Sequence record: NC_023557.1
Strand: one strand, 5' to 3'
Length of the DNA: 64,000 bases
The notes under the pieces were generated by a model. It had not been told where the DNA came from, did no database searches, and worked only from the letters and a program-made list of their open reading frames with translations. A program made the translations under genes and the position numbers. Of this stretch, positions 37,602 to 50,780 are shown one piece after another; the first letter of the stretch is position 1; every line of letters begins with the position of its first letter.

Positions 37602-38987
37602 ATGTCTTTACACCAAAAGCTCCTCTCTGCCGGGCTGGAGGCGTTTGATGCGCCTCCGGCTGCTCCGGTAGTAGCGGCAGTAGTACCTGCTCCATTTGAT
37701 AACAACGCCCCGGTTAGCGAAGACCCGGAACTGCTTCGTGAAGAGACTGCTGCCCGTTTAGCGCTCGTGTCGATCATCGAAGCGGAACGTGACGAAGAAG
37801 ACTCTCGGTCAGCGGTTTATGAACTGCGTCGTCTGTCTGATGGTTTGGAAGGGTTGATGGTTGAGATTCAAAACGTCAACAACCCAGAAGAACCGACTGA
37901 AGACGAAATGGCGATGTTGAAAGCCACCGCCCAGCAAGTACGTAAAGAGCTGCTGGAAGATGGTGAGCAAGAACTCGTCATCAATGTCGAAAACGGCATT
38001 CTGGTTGGTTCACAGGAAGGTCTGGCTGATGCCCTCAGTAATGTGGCGAAGAAGATCGGTTTTGCATTAGGTAATGCAGCGAAAGGTTTACTGAGCAAAG
38101 GCGAGCAGGCGAAAGCGCCGTTGTCTTATAACCGTAAACTGGCAGCTGAACTGAAAGCGAAAATCGATAAGCTCGGCACGACTGAATTTGACTTTACCAT
38201 GCCAGCTGATCTGGTCCGTCAGATTCGTGTGAGTGATACCGGTCCGGTTGATGCACTCAAAGCAGTAGCAGACTTCCCGGCAGCACTTGAGGCTTGGTAT
38301 CTGACCCCTGCTGATGCAGCAATGAACCTGTTTGAAAAACACGCCAACATCGTGCAGGCGATTGCCGGTAGCAAGACTCTCGAAGAGTTCAATACGAATT
38401 ATGCGAAACTGAGCTCACTGGCGCCACCGCTGCCTGCAGGCGCTAAACGCCTTGATCCGATTAACACGCGGGATTATATCTTCGACGTTAATGAACATCA
38501 CCCAAGTATGGGTCGTGTGGCTCGCTACTATTATGTTGCGCGTCCGGATGTGGGTAAAACGCCTGAAGATAAAGCGCTGGATAATGTCATTGCTTTGGCG
38601 CAGTATTCGACCGGGATCTATCCGTTCGATAAGATCTCTAAACGTAAAGCAACTGATGAGCAGGTGAAGTTCAGTGCGGCTGAAGTCAAAGGCTTGCTGG
38701 ATGACATGCTGAAAGCGTGTGACGTGGTTGATAAATACCTTTCACGTTTCGCAGTCGCCAGCACAATGGATAAGCGCTACAACGCTCTGGTTGATTTACT
38801 CAATAGCGACTTGCGTAAACAAGAGTGGTGTTCCAAAGAAGTCAACAGCATGGCACGCGTTGCGTTGATCTCAATGGATGCGTATTATTCATACGGGTTT
38901 GCTTATACCAGTCGTGCTTACGAGCTGATGGACGTGATCGTCAAGTTGGTGAAGAAAGCCGTGTATAAATCTGACCTCAGTAAGTAA
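37602..38987 (+). CDS. Head paralog family protein
   Basis: SAGLEAFD leader; GLE and SQE sites. Confidence 0.75.
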   Translation: MSLHQKLLSAGLEAFDAPPAAPVVAAVVPAPFDNNAPVSEDPELLREETAARLALVSIIEAERDEEDSRSAVYELRRLSDGLEGLMVEIQNVNNPEEPTEDEMAMLKATAQQVRKELLEDGEQELVINVENGILVGSQEGLADALSNVAKKIGFALGNAAKGLLSKGEQAKAPLSYNRKLAAELKAKIDKLGTTEFDFTMPADLVRQIRVSDTGPVDALKAVADFPAALEAWYLTPADAAMNLFEKHANIVQAIAGSKTLEEFNTNYAKLSSLAPPLPAGAKRLDPINTRDYIFDVNEHHPSMGRVARYYYVARPDVGKTPEDKALDNVIALAQYSTGIYPFDKISKRKATDEQVKFSAAEVKGLLDDMLKACDVVDKYLSRFAVASTMDKRYNALVDLLNSDLRKQEWCSKEVNSMARVALISMDAYYSYGFAYTSRAYELMDVIVKLVKKAVYKSDLSK

Positions 38988-38998
38988 ACGGAGAAAAC

Positions 38999-40369
38999 AT
39001 GTCCGCGATTAATGACTTTCTATTTACTGCGGGCATGGAGGGGTTTAACGACCCCTCCTCTATACCGCCCGTTGGTATAGTTGTGCCCTTTTTTGGTGTT
39101 GAAGAGTTCGCCGAAGCGGATGCTGAACAATCTGTACGCATGACAGAGATGAACCAGCAAGCTGAAGCGATTCAACGCCTGCAACAAACGCTGGTCTACA
39201 TCAACGCTCACCGTCCGACCTTTGACCGTGAGAACGCCGCTGTCGTGCAGCAAGCGCTGGGTGAAGTACAGGTACTGATGCCCGACATGGAAGACCCGGT
39301 CACCATCATGGGGTCGCTGGAGCATTATACCCCGGCTTACACCAACCACCTGCTTGCGCACGGTATTGAAGGCATTGGTGATAAGATCCTGAGCGTGGTC
39401 AAGAAGATCATCGAACTCTTGAAGAAAGGTTATGCCTTCTTGAGTAAAGCCATCCAGGCAAAGGGTGTGGTCTTCGGTAAACAGAAGCGCGAACTCGATG
39501 ACCTCAATGCGTGGTTTAAAGAGCAACGCAAAAGCAACGATAAGCCCGCTACCACCGCCGGCAATGAACCTAAGGTTGTTACGATCACTGCCCCGACCTA
39601 TCTGTACACCGTCGACAGTAACAAACCGTTAGCGGCAGATCGCTTAGCAAGCGAAGTGGCAAAGTACAACAAATTCCTGCAGGCCTTCTCGGTTGATTTC
39701 ATCCGGGCGCATATTACCCTGGGCGATCTCTATATTCGTGCACTGGGCGGTCTGGATATTGCCAGCACCAGTAACGAAGAGTTGTTCACCAAGATGTTTA
39801 AGGGTCAGTTTAAATACCAGGCCTCGGGTGCATCGCTGTACACCAAACGCAACGGCGAGATGTGTGATATCGAAACAGTTGGGTTGATTGGCGGGATTGG
39901 CTTTAAAGCCTCCATCGCGAATATCCTGGTCGCACCGCTTGAGATGACTGCAGACGGTTCTAACCAGCGTAAGTTCTTCAAGCAGATGAACGGGTTATAC
40001 AACTACAGTTTTGTCTCCAAAATAAAAATGGATGGCAGTACGGTAGGGAATACCCCAATCTATGCTTGCAGTCTCGCTGACGCTGAGCGGCTGGTGAATC
40101 AACTTGATATGTTGACCAACTGGATGATTAACAGTCAACACGACGAAGAGATCCGTGACTTTAATAAGCGGGTGACTGAGTGTGTGGATAAGCTGGCTGA
40201 TCGTGCCGGTCGTCTGGGTAATGACCGCAGTGATTTTATCACCACTGTGATCAACGCTTTGTCTGGTATCTCCAGTGGTCTGGAAAATGTGTCCCGTGGC
40301 ATGAATCAGCAAACGAACACATTGATCAACAACTTGCGTGAGTACGTTACCAAATCCACGAAAGCGTAA
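38999..40369 (+). CDS. Head paralog family protein
   Basis: TAGMEGFN leader; SLE and GIE sites; LIGG motif. Confidence 0.75.
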   Translation: MSAINDFLFTAGMEGFNDPSSIPPVGIVVPFFGVEEFAEADAEQSVRMTEMNQQAEAIQRLQQTLVYINAHRPTFDRENAAVVQQALGEVQVLMPDMEDPVTIMGSLEHYTPAYTNHLLAHGIEGIGDKILSVVKKIIELLKKGYAFLSKAIQAKGVVFGKQKRELDDLNAWFKEQRKSNDKPATTAGNEPKVVTITAPTYLYTVDSNKPLAADRLASEVAKYNKFLQAFSVDFIRAHITLGDLYIRALGGLDIASTSNEELFTKMFKGQFKYQASGASLYTKRNGEMCDIETVGLIGGIGFKASIANILVAPLEMTADGSNQRKFFKQMNGLYNYSFVSKIKMDGSTVGNTPIYACSLADAERLVNQLDMLTNWMINSQHDEEIRDFNKRVTECVDKLADRAGRLGNDRSDFITTVINALSGISSGLENVSRGMNQQTNTLINNLREYVTKSTKA

Positions 40370-40462
40370 ATTATTATATGTGTTAACGGCCCTGCAGGAA
40401 ACGCGGGGTCTTATCACAATACGATCGTATTTAATTTCATGAAATTAAGGTAGAGACTCACT

Positions 40463-41851
40463 ATGTCTATTCAAGCATTTTTAAACCTCGGCGCCGAGGC
40501 TTTCGAAGACGCACCGGTTGTTGAAGAAGCACCGGTTGTAGTTGTTGCACCAGTACCAGAAGAAGTGATCGAGTTGATCGCTGAGCGTGACGACGCGAAC
40601 CTGGCTGTTGAGCTGGCACAAGACTCTGCTGAGATCTCCTCTGCCTCTCGTCAGGTTGAAGAATTCGCTGCAGCGATCGAGCGCGTTGAAAACGTGCAGG
40701 CGTCAATGGAACACTTCATCGAAGCGGGCCTGTCGCAGAAATCAGCAATGATGCTGCATCAGCAGATCAACACCGTCATGGCCTCTATCGGTAAAGACGG
40801 CGCTGCAATCGGTGGTGGTCTGGAAAACTTCGACAACGAAGAAGCCAGCATCGCGTTACTGACTGCCGGCCTGGAAGCTCTGAACAGCGAGAAAGCCTCG
40901 CTGGGTGAACGTATCCGTGCAGCCATGATCAATGGTGGCGATAGCGTTAGCAAATTCTTCAGCAAATTCCTGACTGCATCAGGTCGCATGAAAGCGCGCG
41001 CACAAGCAATCTCTAAGGCTGCAAAAGCCAACGGTTCTGCTTCTGCCGAAGTAACGCTGAAAAGCAAATACCTGACCGTGAAAGGTGGCGCTGCCAGCAC
41101 CAACCTGAAAGCGGACATCGCAGCATTCCACAAATTTGCTGAAGACGGCGCAGCTCGTTTCTTCAAAGATGGCGGTGCGTTCCTGAGCGGCGATATCCTG
41201 TCTGCTATCAAAACCATGGGCAACACCACTACCATGGAAGCAGCAGCGAAAGTCGTTAGCGGTCTGAAATACCCAGGTTACCCAGGCGCTACTATTGCGG
41301 TGCAGGATAAACCTGCCTTCACCATCAAGCGTACTGAAGTGGTCCTCGGTGGTTACGCCGTGTTTGATCTGCAGTACAAAACCACTGGCGGCGATACGCA
41401 GGCTGAACTGGTGCATGAGCTGAAAGCGCTGGGTAAAAACCGCGTGCACGTGAAACAGGCGCCGGAAGAGAAAGGCAAATCAGAATTCAGCCAGACTGTG
41501 TCTGCTGCTGATGCCGCAGCGATTGCTGATGAAGTCGCCAAACTGGCTGACATCGCCGCTACCCTGCAGCGTAACATTGCCTGGATGGGTCCGTTCACCA
41601 AATCTCTGATCAACTCCAGCATTGCTGCGAGCGCTACTCAGGGTCGTGCGGCGAATGCTGAGAAGGGTGTTGCGGTTGTTCTGGATGCCCTGGCGCGTGT
41701 GCCAACTGGCGTGTTCCAGTCTGTACAGAGCCTGAGCTGGGAACTGTCTTCTGCCATCCTGAAAGTTGGCGATGCGGGTCTGAAGGTTGCGAACAAAGTA
41801 GCAAAAACTTCTGACAGCAGCGTCCCGGCTGGTAACGAAGCCACTGCATAA
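40463..41851 (+). CDS. Head paralog family protein, probably high-copy
   Basis: LGAEAFED leader; SME and two GLE sites; own upstream TATG plus hairpin; biased codons. Confidence 0.75.
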   Translation: MSIQAFLNLGAEAFEDAPVVEEAPVVVVAPVPEEVIELIAERDDANLAVELAQDSAEISSASRQVEEFAAAIERVENVQASMEHFIEAGLSQKSAMMLHQQINTVMASIGKDGAAIGGGLENFDNEEASIALLTAGLEALNSEKASLGERIRAAMINGGDSVSKFFSKFLTASGRMKARAQAISKAAKANGSASAEVTLKSKYLTVKGGAASTNLKADIAAFHKFAEDGAARFFKDGGAFLSGDILSAIKTMGNTTTMEAAAKVVSGLKYPGYPGATIAVQDKPAFTIKRTEVVLGGYAVFDLQYKTTGGDTQAELVHELKALGKNRVHVKQAPEEKGKSEFSQTVSAADAAAIADEVAKLADIAATLQRNIAWMGPFTKSLINSSIAASATQGRAANAEKGVAVVLDALARVPTGVFQSVQSLSWELSSAILKVGDAGLKVANKVAKTSDSSVPAGNEATA

Positions 41852-41868
41852 GTAGCACATCTGTAACC

Positions 41869-41904
41869 TTAGGGGGAGAGGGGTTTCCCTCTCCTCTTAT
41901 ACCG
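41869..41904 (+). terminator. Hairpin plus TTATACCG variant
   Basis: Purine/pyrimidine stem GGAGAGGG/CCCTCTCC after the 40463 gene. Confidence 0.65.
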
Positions 41905-41921
41905 ACCAAGAAGGTGAATGC

Positions 41922-44264
41922 ATGTCAACCATGACAGAACTGGGTCCGTCACAAGGCACACTCCTTGCGGATGAGAAAGCAGTACACGATGACGCGGCCA
42001 CCGAAGCCACCGAAGTTGCACTCCACGTATTAAAGAAGATTGGTAAGAAGAAAGAGAAAGATGACGAGGATGAGGAGGTCGTGCTCTCATTTGGTAGCGA
42101 AGGCTATGCCATGCTCACCAGTATGTCATTTGATCTGACTGAGAACTCCGATCTGGCCGTACAGGAACTCCTGGATAAGATCACCACCATCGTCATTGAA
42201 GCGAACGGCAATCTCACGCAGAAAGATCTGGAGAAGATCAAGAGTGTGGGCAATGAGTCGTTGTTAGGCGATGGGAATGAAGACTATAAAGAAGTCGTCA
42301 CCATGGTCATGAAACGGATCATGCAATTCATTCGCTGGGCGATCAACCAGGGTAAGGAAGGGATCAAACGGGTTGCTGACCGCTTGAGTCGTCTGAGCGT
42401 GAAGACGATGTATGTTGAGCGTAAGATCGATATCTCCACTGACAACTCATTACCGACTGACAAGTTTGTGTTACCGCGTAGCTATCCGATGCTGATGATG
42501 GCGAACAAACCGCCGGCCAATGCCATGGAAGTGATCAACGCCGTCAACCGCACCAAGTATCTCTTCACTACGCTACATAACGACTACCAAGGCTTCCAGA
42601 CGTTGTTTAAGACGGCGGTGTCAACAGGTTCACGGGCTGACACCTTAGAGATGATCAACAACTATCTCAACGGTCTGATCAGTAAGCTCTCAGCACGCCC
42701 TAACCCGCTGTTCGATAACCGCAATACCTTTAACCAGTTACCGGGTGGATATCGTCTGGTGTTCTCAGAAGGTCAGTCATTTGCGGACTGTGGAGCAACG
42801 ATTCTGCGCACACCGGAGAAATACGAAGCCGCACCGGCTGTTCAGCGTCCAGATAAAGCGAGTCTGGTGCGGCTGGTCAGTGAGATCAAAACCTACCTGC
42901 GGGTGATTAACGAAGTCTACGGTAAAGTCTCCAGTCGTCTGGAAGTTGATTTCCGTAACATCGTGAAAGCGGCCGAGAAAGAAGTGAAGGGGTTTGATTC
43001 AACGGCAGATATCCGCACTGCCTCGACCACCATCGAGTGGTTCACCGAACAGCAGTCACGCCTGTATACCCGCTCAATGATGCTCTCTTGTACGGTATTG
43101 AATGCCGCACTTGATTACTGTCTGGGTGCCATTGGGGCGAAACCGGCTGTCGGTACCGAAAGCTTTGATATCCATGATACCTCATCAATGGGTTATGCGA
43201 TCGAGTCGCTGGGTGAACAAATGGAACGGCTTGATGCCGGGTTGTGTGAGCTGGAGATCGATGCCCGCACTATGCAGTCGATTACCGATGTCAAAGAGAT
43301 GGTAGATGTCGATAACGATCACGTCATCCAGCTTCTGATGCAACAACGCCCAAGCAGCTATTTCAATCCACCGGATGGGTTGTCAGAGTACTCGCTGGGT
43401 GATGCCTTTAACGGTAGTGCTACGGCACGTTATATTGGCAGGCGCTTAACCAGCATCGTTAACCTCACGAATCAGCTCTCTGGCACCACGGATTTGATGA
43501 AAGGGTTATTGGCTGAAATGCCAACGGGTGAGATCAAGCCAGGCAGTGATGCGGATGTGATCGAACGTAACTCGTTGCTTGACCGGGAGATGTTTGAAGG
43601 TCATCCCCTGTGTGCGTTCCTGCATCGGGTAGACCGGGAAGGTATCTACGCCACCGATGTGATTCGTTATGTTACTGACACCTATGAGAAGCTGCGTCAA
43701 GTGCGAACGACTCTGGCGGTTCAGGCCGAGCAGATGACACTAACAGTGGCTGATGGCGAGATGAACGTGAGCTTGTTGAAAGAGTTCCTGTTTAACGCCC
43801 CTCAGGAGCCCTTCACGGACAGCGTGCTCTGTGGTGGATTCAGACTACAACCTGTAGCAGAAAAGCTCGGAGAACTCGTTATACACGGCGCTGTGATGGA
43901 TTCCCCTCCACCACTGAAACCGATGACGACTATCCATCGCCCAAGCTACGACGAGTATAATGGTGTCAACCAGCTGGCAAGCCTGTTCGGTAATGAACTG
44001 CGGGAGCTAGCTAAGATCGCAGAGCGGCTACAAATCGGCACAGGGTATCTGCGCTACATCACAACCTCAGTAGCAGACAACCTCAATGAGGATGGCTTGA
44101 AAGGCGGGGGTGATGGTTGGTTCAATACTGCACTCGAGTACTTGGCGGTGTCAGCACGCCAGTATCGCTGGATGTATCGCCTAACCGTTCAGTTGGCGGT
44201 GTATGAGCACACCATGATCAATGCCCTGCGTCACTACAACAACTCAGGAGGCTGGCATGACTGA
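41922..44264 (+). CDS. Double-length head paralog family protein
   Basis: GSE, GNE and internal GTE sites; two GG[YF]RL motifs. Confidence 0.7.
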   Translation: MSTMTELGPSQGTLLADEKAVHDDAATEATEVALHVLKKIGKKKEKDDEDEEVVLSFGSEGYAMLTSMSFDLTENSDLAVQELLDKITTIVIEANGNLTQKDLEKIKSVGNESLLGDGNEDYKEVVTMVMKRIMQFIRWAINQGKEGIKRVADRLSRLSVKTMYVERKIDISTDNSLPTDKFVLPRSYPMLMMANKPPANAMEVINAVNRTKYLFTTLHNDYQGFQTLFKTAVSTGSRADTLEMINNYLNGLISKLSARPNPLFDNRNTFNQLPGGYRLVFSEGQSFADCGATILRTPEKYEAAPAVQRPDKASLVRLVSEIKTYLRVINEVYGKVSSRLEVDFRNIVKAAEKEVKGFDSTADIRTASTTIEWFTEQQSRLYTRSMMLSCTVLNAALDYCLGAIGAKPAVGTESFDIHDTSSMGYAIESLGEQMERLDAGLCELEIDARTMQSITDVKEMVDVDNDHVIQLLMQQRPSSYFNPPDGLSEYSLGDAFNGSATARYIGRRLTSIVNLTNQLSGTTDLMKGLLAEMPTGEIKPGSDADVIERNSLLDREMFEGHPLCAFLHRVDREGIYATDVIRYVTDTYEKLRQVRTTLAVQAEQMTLTVADGEMNVSLLKEFLFNAPQEPFTDSVLCGGFRLQPVAEKLGELVIHGAVMDSPPPLKPMTTIHRPSYDEYNGVNQLASLFGNELRELAKIAERLQIGTGYLRYITTSVADNLNEDGLKGGGDGWFNTALEYLAVSARQYRWMYRLTVQLAVYEHTMINALRHYNNSGGWHD

Positions 44265-44604
44265 TAACAGTAACAAGGCGCTGTACAATGCAGCGCGGTT
44301 GCCTGTTCTTTACGAGTACCCGCATGACTTCACCCCGTATGCTCGTTTACTGGCTAACGAGAAGCAAGGTGCACAACCTTCGCAGGCGTTTGCTGAGATG
44401 CTGGCTAAGGTAACGGGCGATCCCTGGACGATGACCCCTAAGCAGCCGTATACCCTGTACGGCGCCAAGGTGACGTTGATTGGTGAGAACCAACCCAACT
44501 TCCCAACCAGTAAACGGTTTCCTTACGTCCTGGTGTTGCAGTTGAGTACCCGGTATCAAGAACGCAAGTTATACCTGAGTTTTAAGATCTTGAAATCGAG
44601 CTGA
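44257..44604 (+). CDS. Small conserved hypothetical (putative virion) protein
   Basis: GGAGG RBS before ATG 44257. Confidence 0.7.
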   Translation: MTDNSNKALYNAARLPVLYEYPHDFTPYARLLANEKQGAQPSQAFAEMLAKVTGDPWTMTPKQPYTLYGAKVTLIGENQPNFPTSKRFPYVLVLQLSTRYQERKLYLSFKILKSS

Positions 44605-44641
44605 GCATAAGGAGAGGGCGTTTGCCCTCTCCTCTATGCCG
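44605..44641. terminator. Bidirectional terminator GCATAA-stem-CTATGCCG
   Basis: 10-bp stem AGGAGAGGGC/GCCCTCTCCT at a convergent junction. Confidence 0.8.
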
Positions 44642-45343
44642 TTATGCTTGTGGTGCTTCGCCACTGCCATCAGCTGGCGGGGTGTCATCTTCACTGAACG
44701 TGTTGGGAATACGAGGCAGATCACCAATCACGGTTGCAGAGGTTACCGCGTTCTTGAAAGTCCAATAACGCTCAAGGTACGCATTATAAGACTCCAGCAG
44801 ACGCTCAACCACGTCGATCACTTCAACCGGTAGGAGTTCAACCATTTGCCCGTCAACAGTACGCAGACGGAATTTGGTTTCATCGGATGCCCCGACACGT
44901 TTCTCACCGACCACACGCATACCCATCAGGTTAGCGCGTTCTTCAGCGGTCATCACCACTTTGTAGTCTGTGTTGTCATGGGTAAATGCAATACCGGTGT
45001 TAAGATCATTACTGATGATCTCTTTGGCACTTTGCAGCGACATGTCTTTACCCATTGCCAGGTTGGCTGCGAGCTCTTCTTCGTTATAAGCCCGCACATC
45101 CCAGAACTGGTAATAAAGACCGTCATCACCTTTAACCGGTGTGCCTTCGGTTACCACATCACCATCCGGTCGATCAACCATGTTGACCATGGCGTAAGGA
45201 CGAGGAAGGTTTAGCAGCTTCTCAGACTCGATGGTGCTACCCCAGCTGGTCTGCATGTTGTCCTGGCGGGCATCATACATGTACTTCGGGTAAGCCATAT
45301 CCTCGATACGGACGAGGGGTGTAGAATTCGTTACTGTAGTCAT
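44642..45343 (-). CDS. Tail-fibre-associated/assembly protein, DUF4376-like C-terminus
   Basis: AAGGAG RBS; directly downstream of the fibre gene; family call by pattern. Confidence 0.55.
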   Translation of the reverse strand: MTTVTNSTPLVRIEDMAYPKYMYDARQDNMQTSWGSTIESEKLLNLPRPYAMVNMVDRPDGDVVTEGTPVKGDDGLYYQFWDVRAYNEEELAANLAMGKDMSLQSAKEIISNDLNTGIAFTHDNTDYKVVMTAEERANLMGMRVVGEKRVGASDETKFRLRTVDGQMVELLPVEVIDVVERLLESYNAYLERYWTFKNAVTSATVIGDLPRIPNTFSEDDTPPADGSGEAPQA

Positions 45344-45360
45344 TACGACTCCTTGAAGAA

Positions 45361-45382
45361 TGCTGGGGCTTTCACCCCAGCA
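45361..45382. terminator. Hairpin between fibre and chaperone genes
   Basis: TGCTGGGG/CCCCAGCA 8-bp stem; no U-tract. Confidence 0.4.
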
Positions 45383-45391
45383 CAGACGCCG

Positions 45392-48499
<3,108 letters not shown>

Positions 48500-48558
48500 T
48501 ACAAACCTCTTTTAGTAACTATATTGCTGTTTAGTGTAAACGGGTTCACACTCGTGTG

Positions 48559-49092
48559 TTATGCCACGCTTTCAAGCTTCAGTGGCTGGCCGTCTTCAGT
48601 TGTGAGCCATTGACCACTTTCAGTCAGCAGGACAGGCTGCTGCGTCGCACCGGTGTTAATCAGTACCGCAAGGGTACCTTCATAGACGAGGCTACTTTGG
48701 AAGACGATGTCGTGCATGATACGACCTTCGCTATCCGTGTTGTTCGCGTCAATGGTGCGATCTGAAATGTCATTGGCTGTGACCTGCAAGCCGTAACGAC
48801 CGTTTAACGTCGCCAGCAGATCTTTAGTTGTGGATGGAGTACTAACAGTGAGTTCTGGAACAATGCCAAAAAACAACGTCGATACCTTGAGTCGGTCGAG
48901 GTTGACGATATTGCTCCCAACGTACCCTTTGTCAGCTACAGCAATAACAGGGATGTCGGTATCGCGTTTACCCGCTCCTGTCACTGGCGTAGGGACACCA
49001 AAGTTAATTTGATCAGCCTGGATAGTAAGATTATTATCCTGGTTAATTTGATCAACGATGATTTGGGCCGATGGCTGATTCAGGATGGTCAT
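48559..49092 (-). CDS. Virion accessory protein, likely fibre adaptor
   Basis: GGAG RBS; IN..N..FG.P..GY.GS..DRL jumbo-phage structural pattern; C-terminal LLTESG.WLTTEDG..LKLE. Confidence 0.6.
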   Translation of the reverse strand: MTILNQPSAQIIVDQINQDNNLTIQADQINFGVPTPVTGAGKRDTDIPVIAVADKGYVGSNIVNLDRLKVSTLFFGIVPELTVSTPSTTKDLLATLNGRYGLQVTANDISDRTIDANNTDSEGRIMHDIVFQSSLVYEGTLAVLINTGATQQPVLLTESGQWLTTEDGQPLKLESVA

Positions 49093-49223
49093 ACTTTTCT
49101 CCCGTAAGCGCCGTTTCTGATGATCATATAATAATTTCTTTTCTACAAAACTAACCTAATCAAATAGGTATTCTGTGGTGAAATCGTATAGACATTAAAA
49201 GAAAGGGGATTGAGGATTACATC

Positions 49224-50780
49224 ATGCCCATTGTGACTGAAGCTACACCTGAGCAACACAAGTCGATTATTCGCCCGGTGGTCATTGAAGTCGTCAACCA
49301 GATTCTGCCTGTCATGCGCTTAAGTAATGACGACGAATTGATCTTCAATGGTTTTGCGGATATTGCCATGTTGTCAAATTCCATGATCGGTGTGAACCGT
49401 AACCCTGACTCACCCATTCGTCCACCGGGTCCAAGTCAGATCATGGTTAATATCGAGGAGAGTGCAACCAGCACCACCTCACCTGAGATGGCGGTACTTT
49501 ATCCTGAGAACCGGTTTATCATGCGTGATGCTCGCCTGGGGATTGGTATCCGTCCGGTTCGTAAACGCACCTTACTCAACATCACCTTTAATAAACGTTT
49601 CCGCTCCAAAGCCGCCGCTGACCGCTGGCATTCCAACATGGAACAGCTGATGGCCCGTTATGTGCAGGATTATATCCACACCCTGGATTATCACTACAAC
49701 ATCCCTGACGGTATGCTGGTGATGCTCAGTGAGTTCTGGAAGCTGCGTGAAGCACAAGCGCCGTATAACCAGAACTTCGGTGAATGGCTCTCCTCGTGCA
49801 TGGCGCCGTACCAGACGGTCACCACTAACCAGGCGGGTAAACAAGCACAGTTGTCATTTGCTGAATCGTTAGATAACGTGCAGGGGTGGTGGGATTTCGA
49901 TGTGGTGCCCTACCCGGTCCGTGAGAACACCCGTGGGAACTGGCAAGTCACCTTCGATTACAAAGTCGAATTTGATAAGGTAATTGAATTGGTGATGAAC
50001 TACCCGATCATCATTCATAACCAGATGCTTCCCCCGGAGATGATCCCTCAGCCACGCCTACCGAGCTATCGCAACAAGGTATATCAGAAGAACGCGATGA
50101 TGTATCGGGCCGAAGCCGTACAGCAGGAAGTAGAGCCAGCAAACTACAGCTTGCGTGATTACCTGTGCTACCCGGTGTACGATGACTGGATACCGGAATA
50201 CATCCCGCCGTATCAGATCGTGCAATACACTGCCCAGCTTGCTGTTGATCCGGCTGACCTGCGGTTGGTGGTTAACTTAAAAGAGTTGGGGGATTATGAG
50301 TTCACGGGAGCGGCACTGGAGTACTTGCGCTATGTGAAGAACCGGGCTTTCGTCAATACCCGTTCGGTGATTCAGCTGAAGGTGTATGAAGAGGATGTGC
50401 TGATCGATTCGGAGAAGCTCACCTTGGACAGTAACCTGGATGTGCACTGTGCCTTTGATCTGAACCTGCGTAAATCTTACCACATCATGGTCACCATCGA
50501 CTCCGACCTGGCAAAACTGTCTGAACAGACCGTCAGTGAGTTAAAAGAAGATGGCTGGTTTACTGAGAATGTCTTGCAGGTGATCTACCCGCAGTATCTC
50601 AATACCCCGGTTTGGCCAAAACCCAATGACCGGGGGACGATCTCTGATCTTGCCTGGGATCGGTTTGTGGCGGCACTCTACCCGACCAACCAATGGTACC
50701 GCAAGCCGGACATCGCCCAGCTAACGATTGGACAGTTTACCATTCTTGCTAAGAAGAGAAACGATCATGGCTATCGCTAA
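49224..50780 (+). CDS. Conserved virion structural protein
   Basis: GAGG RBS; 518 aa; in the phiKZ-like neck/tail block. Confidence 0.65.
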   Translation: MPIVTEATPEQHKSIIRPVVIEVVNQILPVMRLSNDDELIFNGFADIAMLSNSMIGVNRNPDSPIRPPGPSQIMVNIEESATSTTSPEMAVLYPENRFIMRDARLGIGIRPVRKRTLLNITFNKRFRSKAAADRWHSNMEQLMARYVQDYIHTLDYHYNIPDGMLVMLSEFWKLREAQAPYNQNFGEWLSSCMAPYQTVTTNQAGKQAQLSFAESLDNVQGWWDFDVVPYPVRENTRGNWQVTFDYKVEFDKVIELVMNYPIIIHNQMLPPEMIPQPRLPSYRNKVYQKNAMMYRAEAVQQEVEPANYSLRDYLCYPVYDDWIPEYIPPYQIVQYTAQLAVDPADLRLVVNLKELGDYEFTGAALEYLRYVKNRAFVNTRSVIQLKVYEEDVLIDSEKLTLDSNLDVHCAFDLNLRKSYHIMVTIDSDLAKLSEQTVSELKEDGWFTENVLQVIYPQYLNTPVWPKPNDRGTISDLAWDRFVAALYPTNQWYRKPDIAQLTIGQFTILAKKRNDHGYR

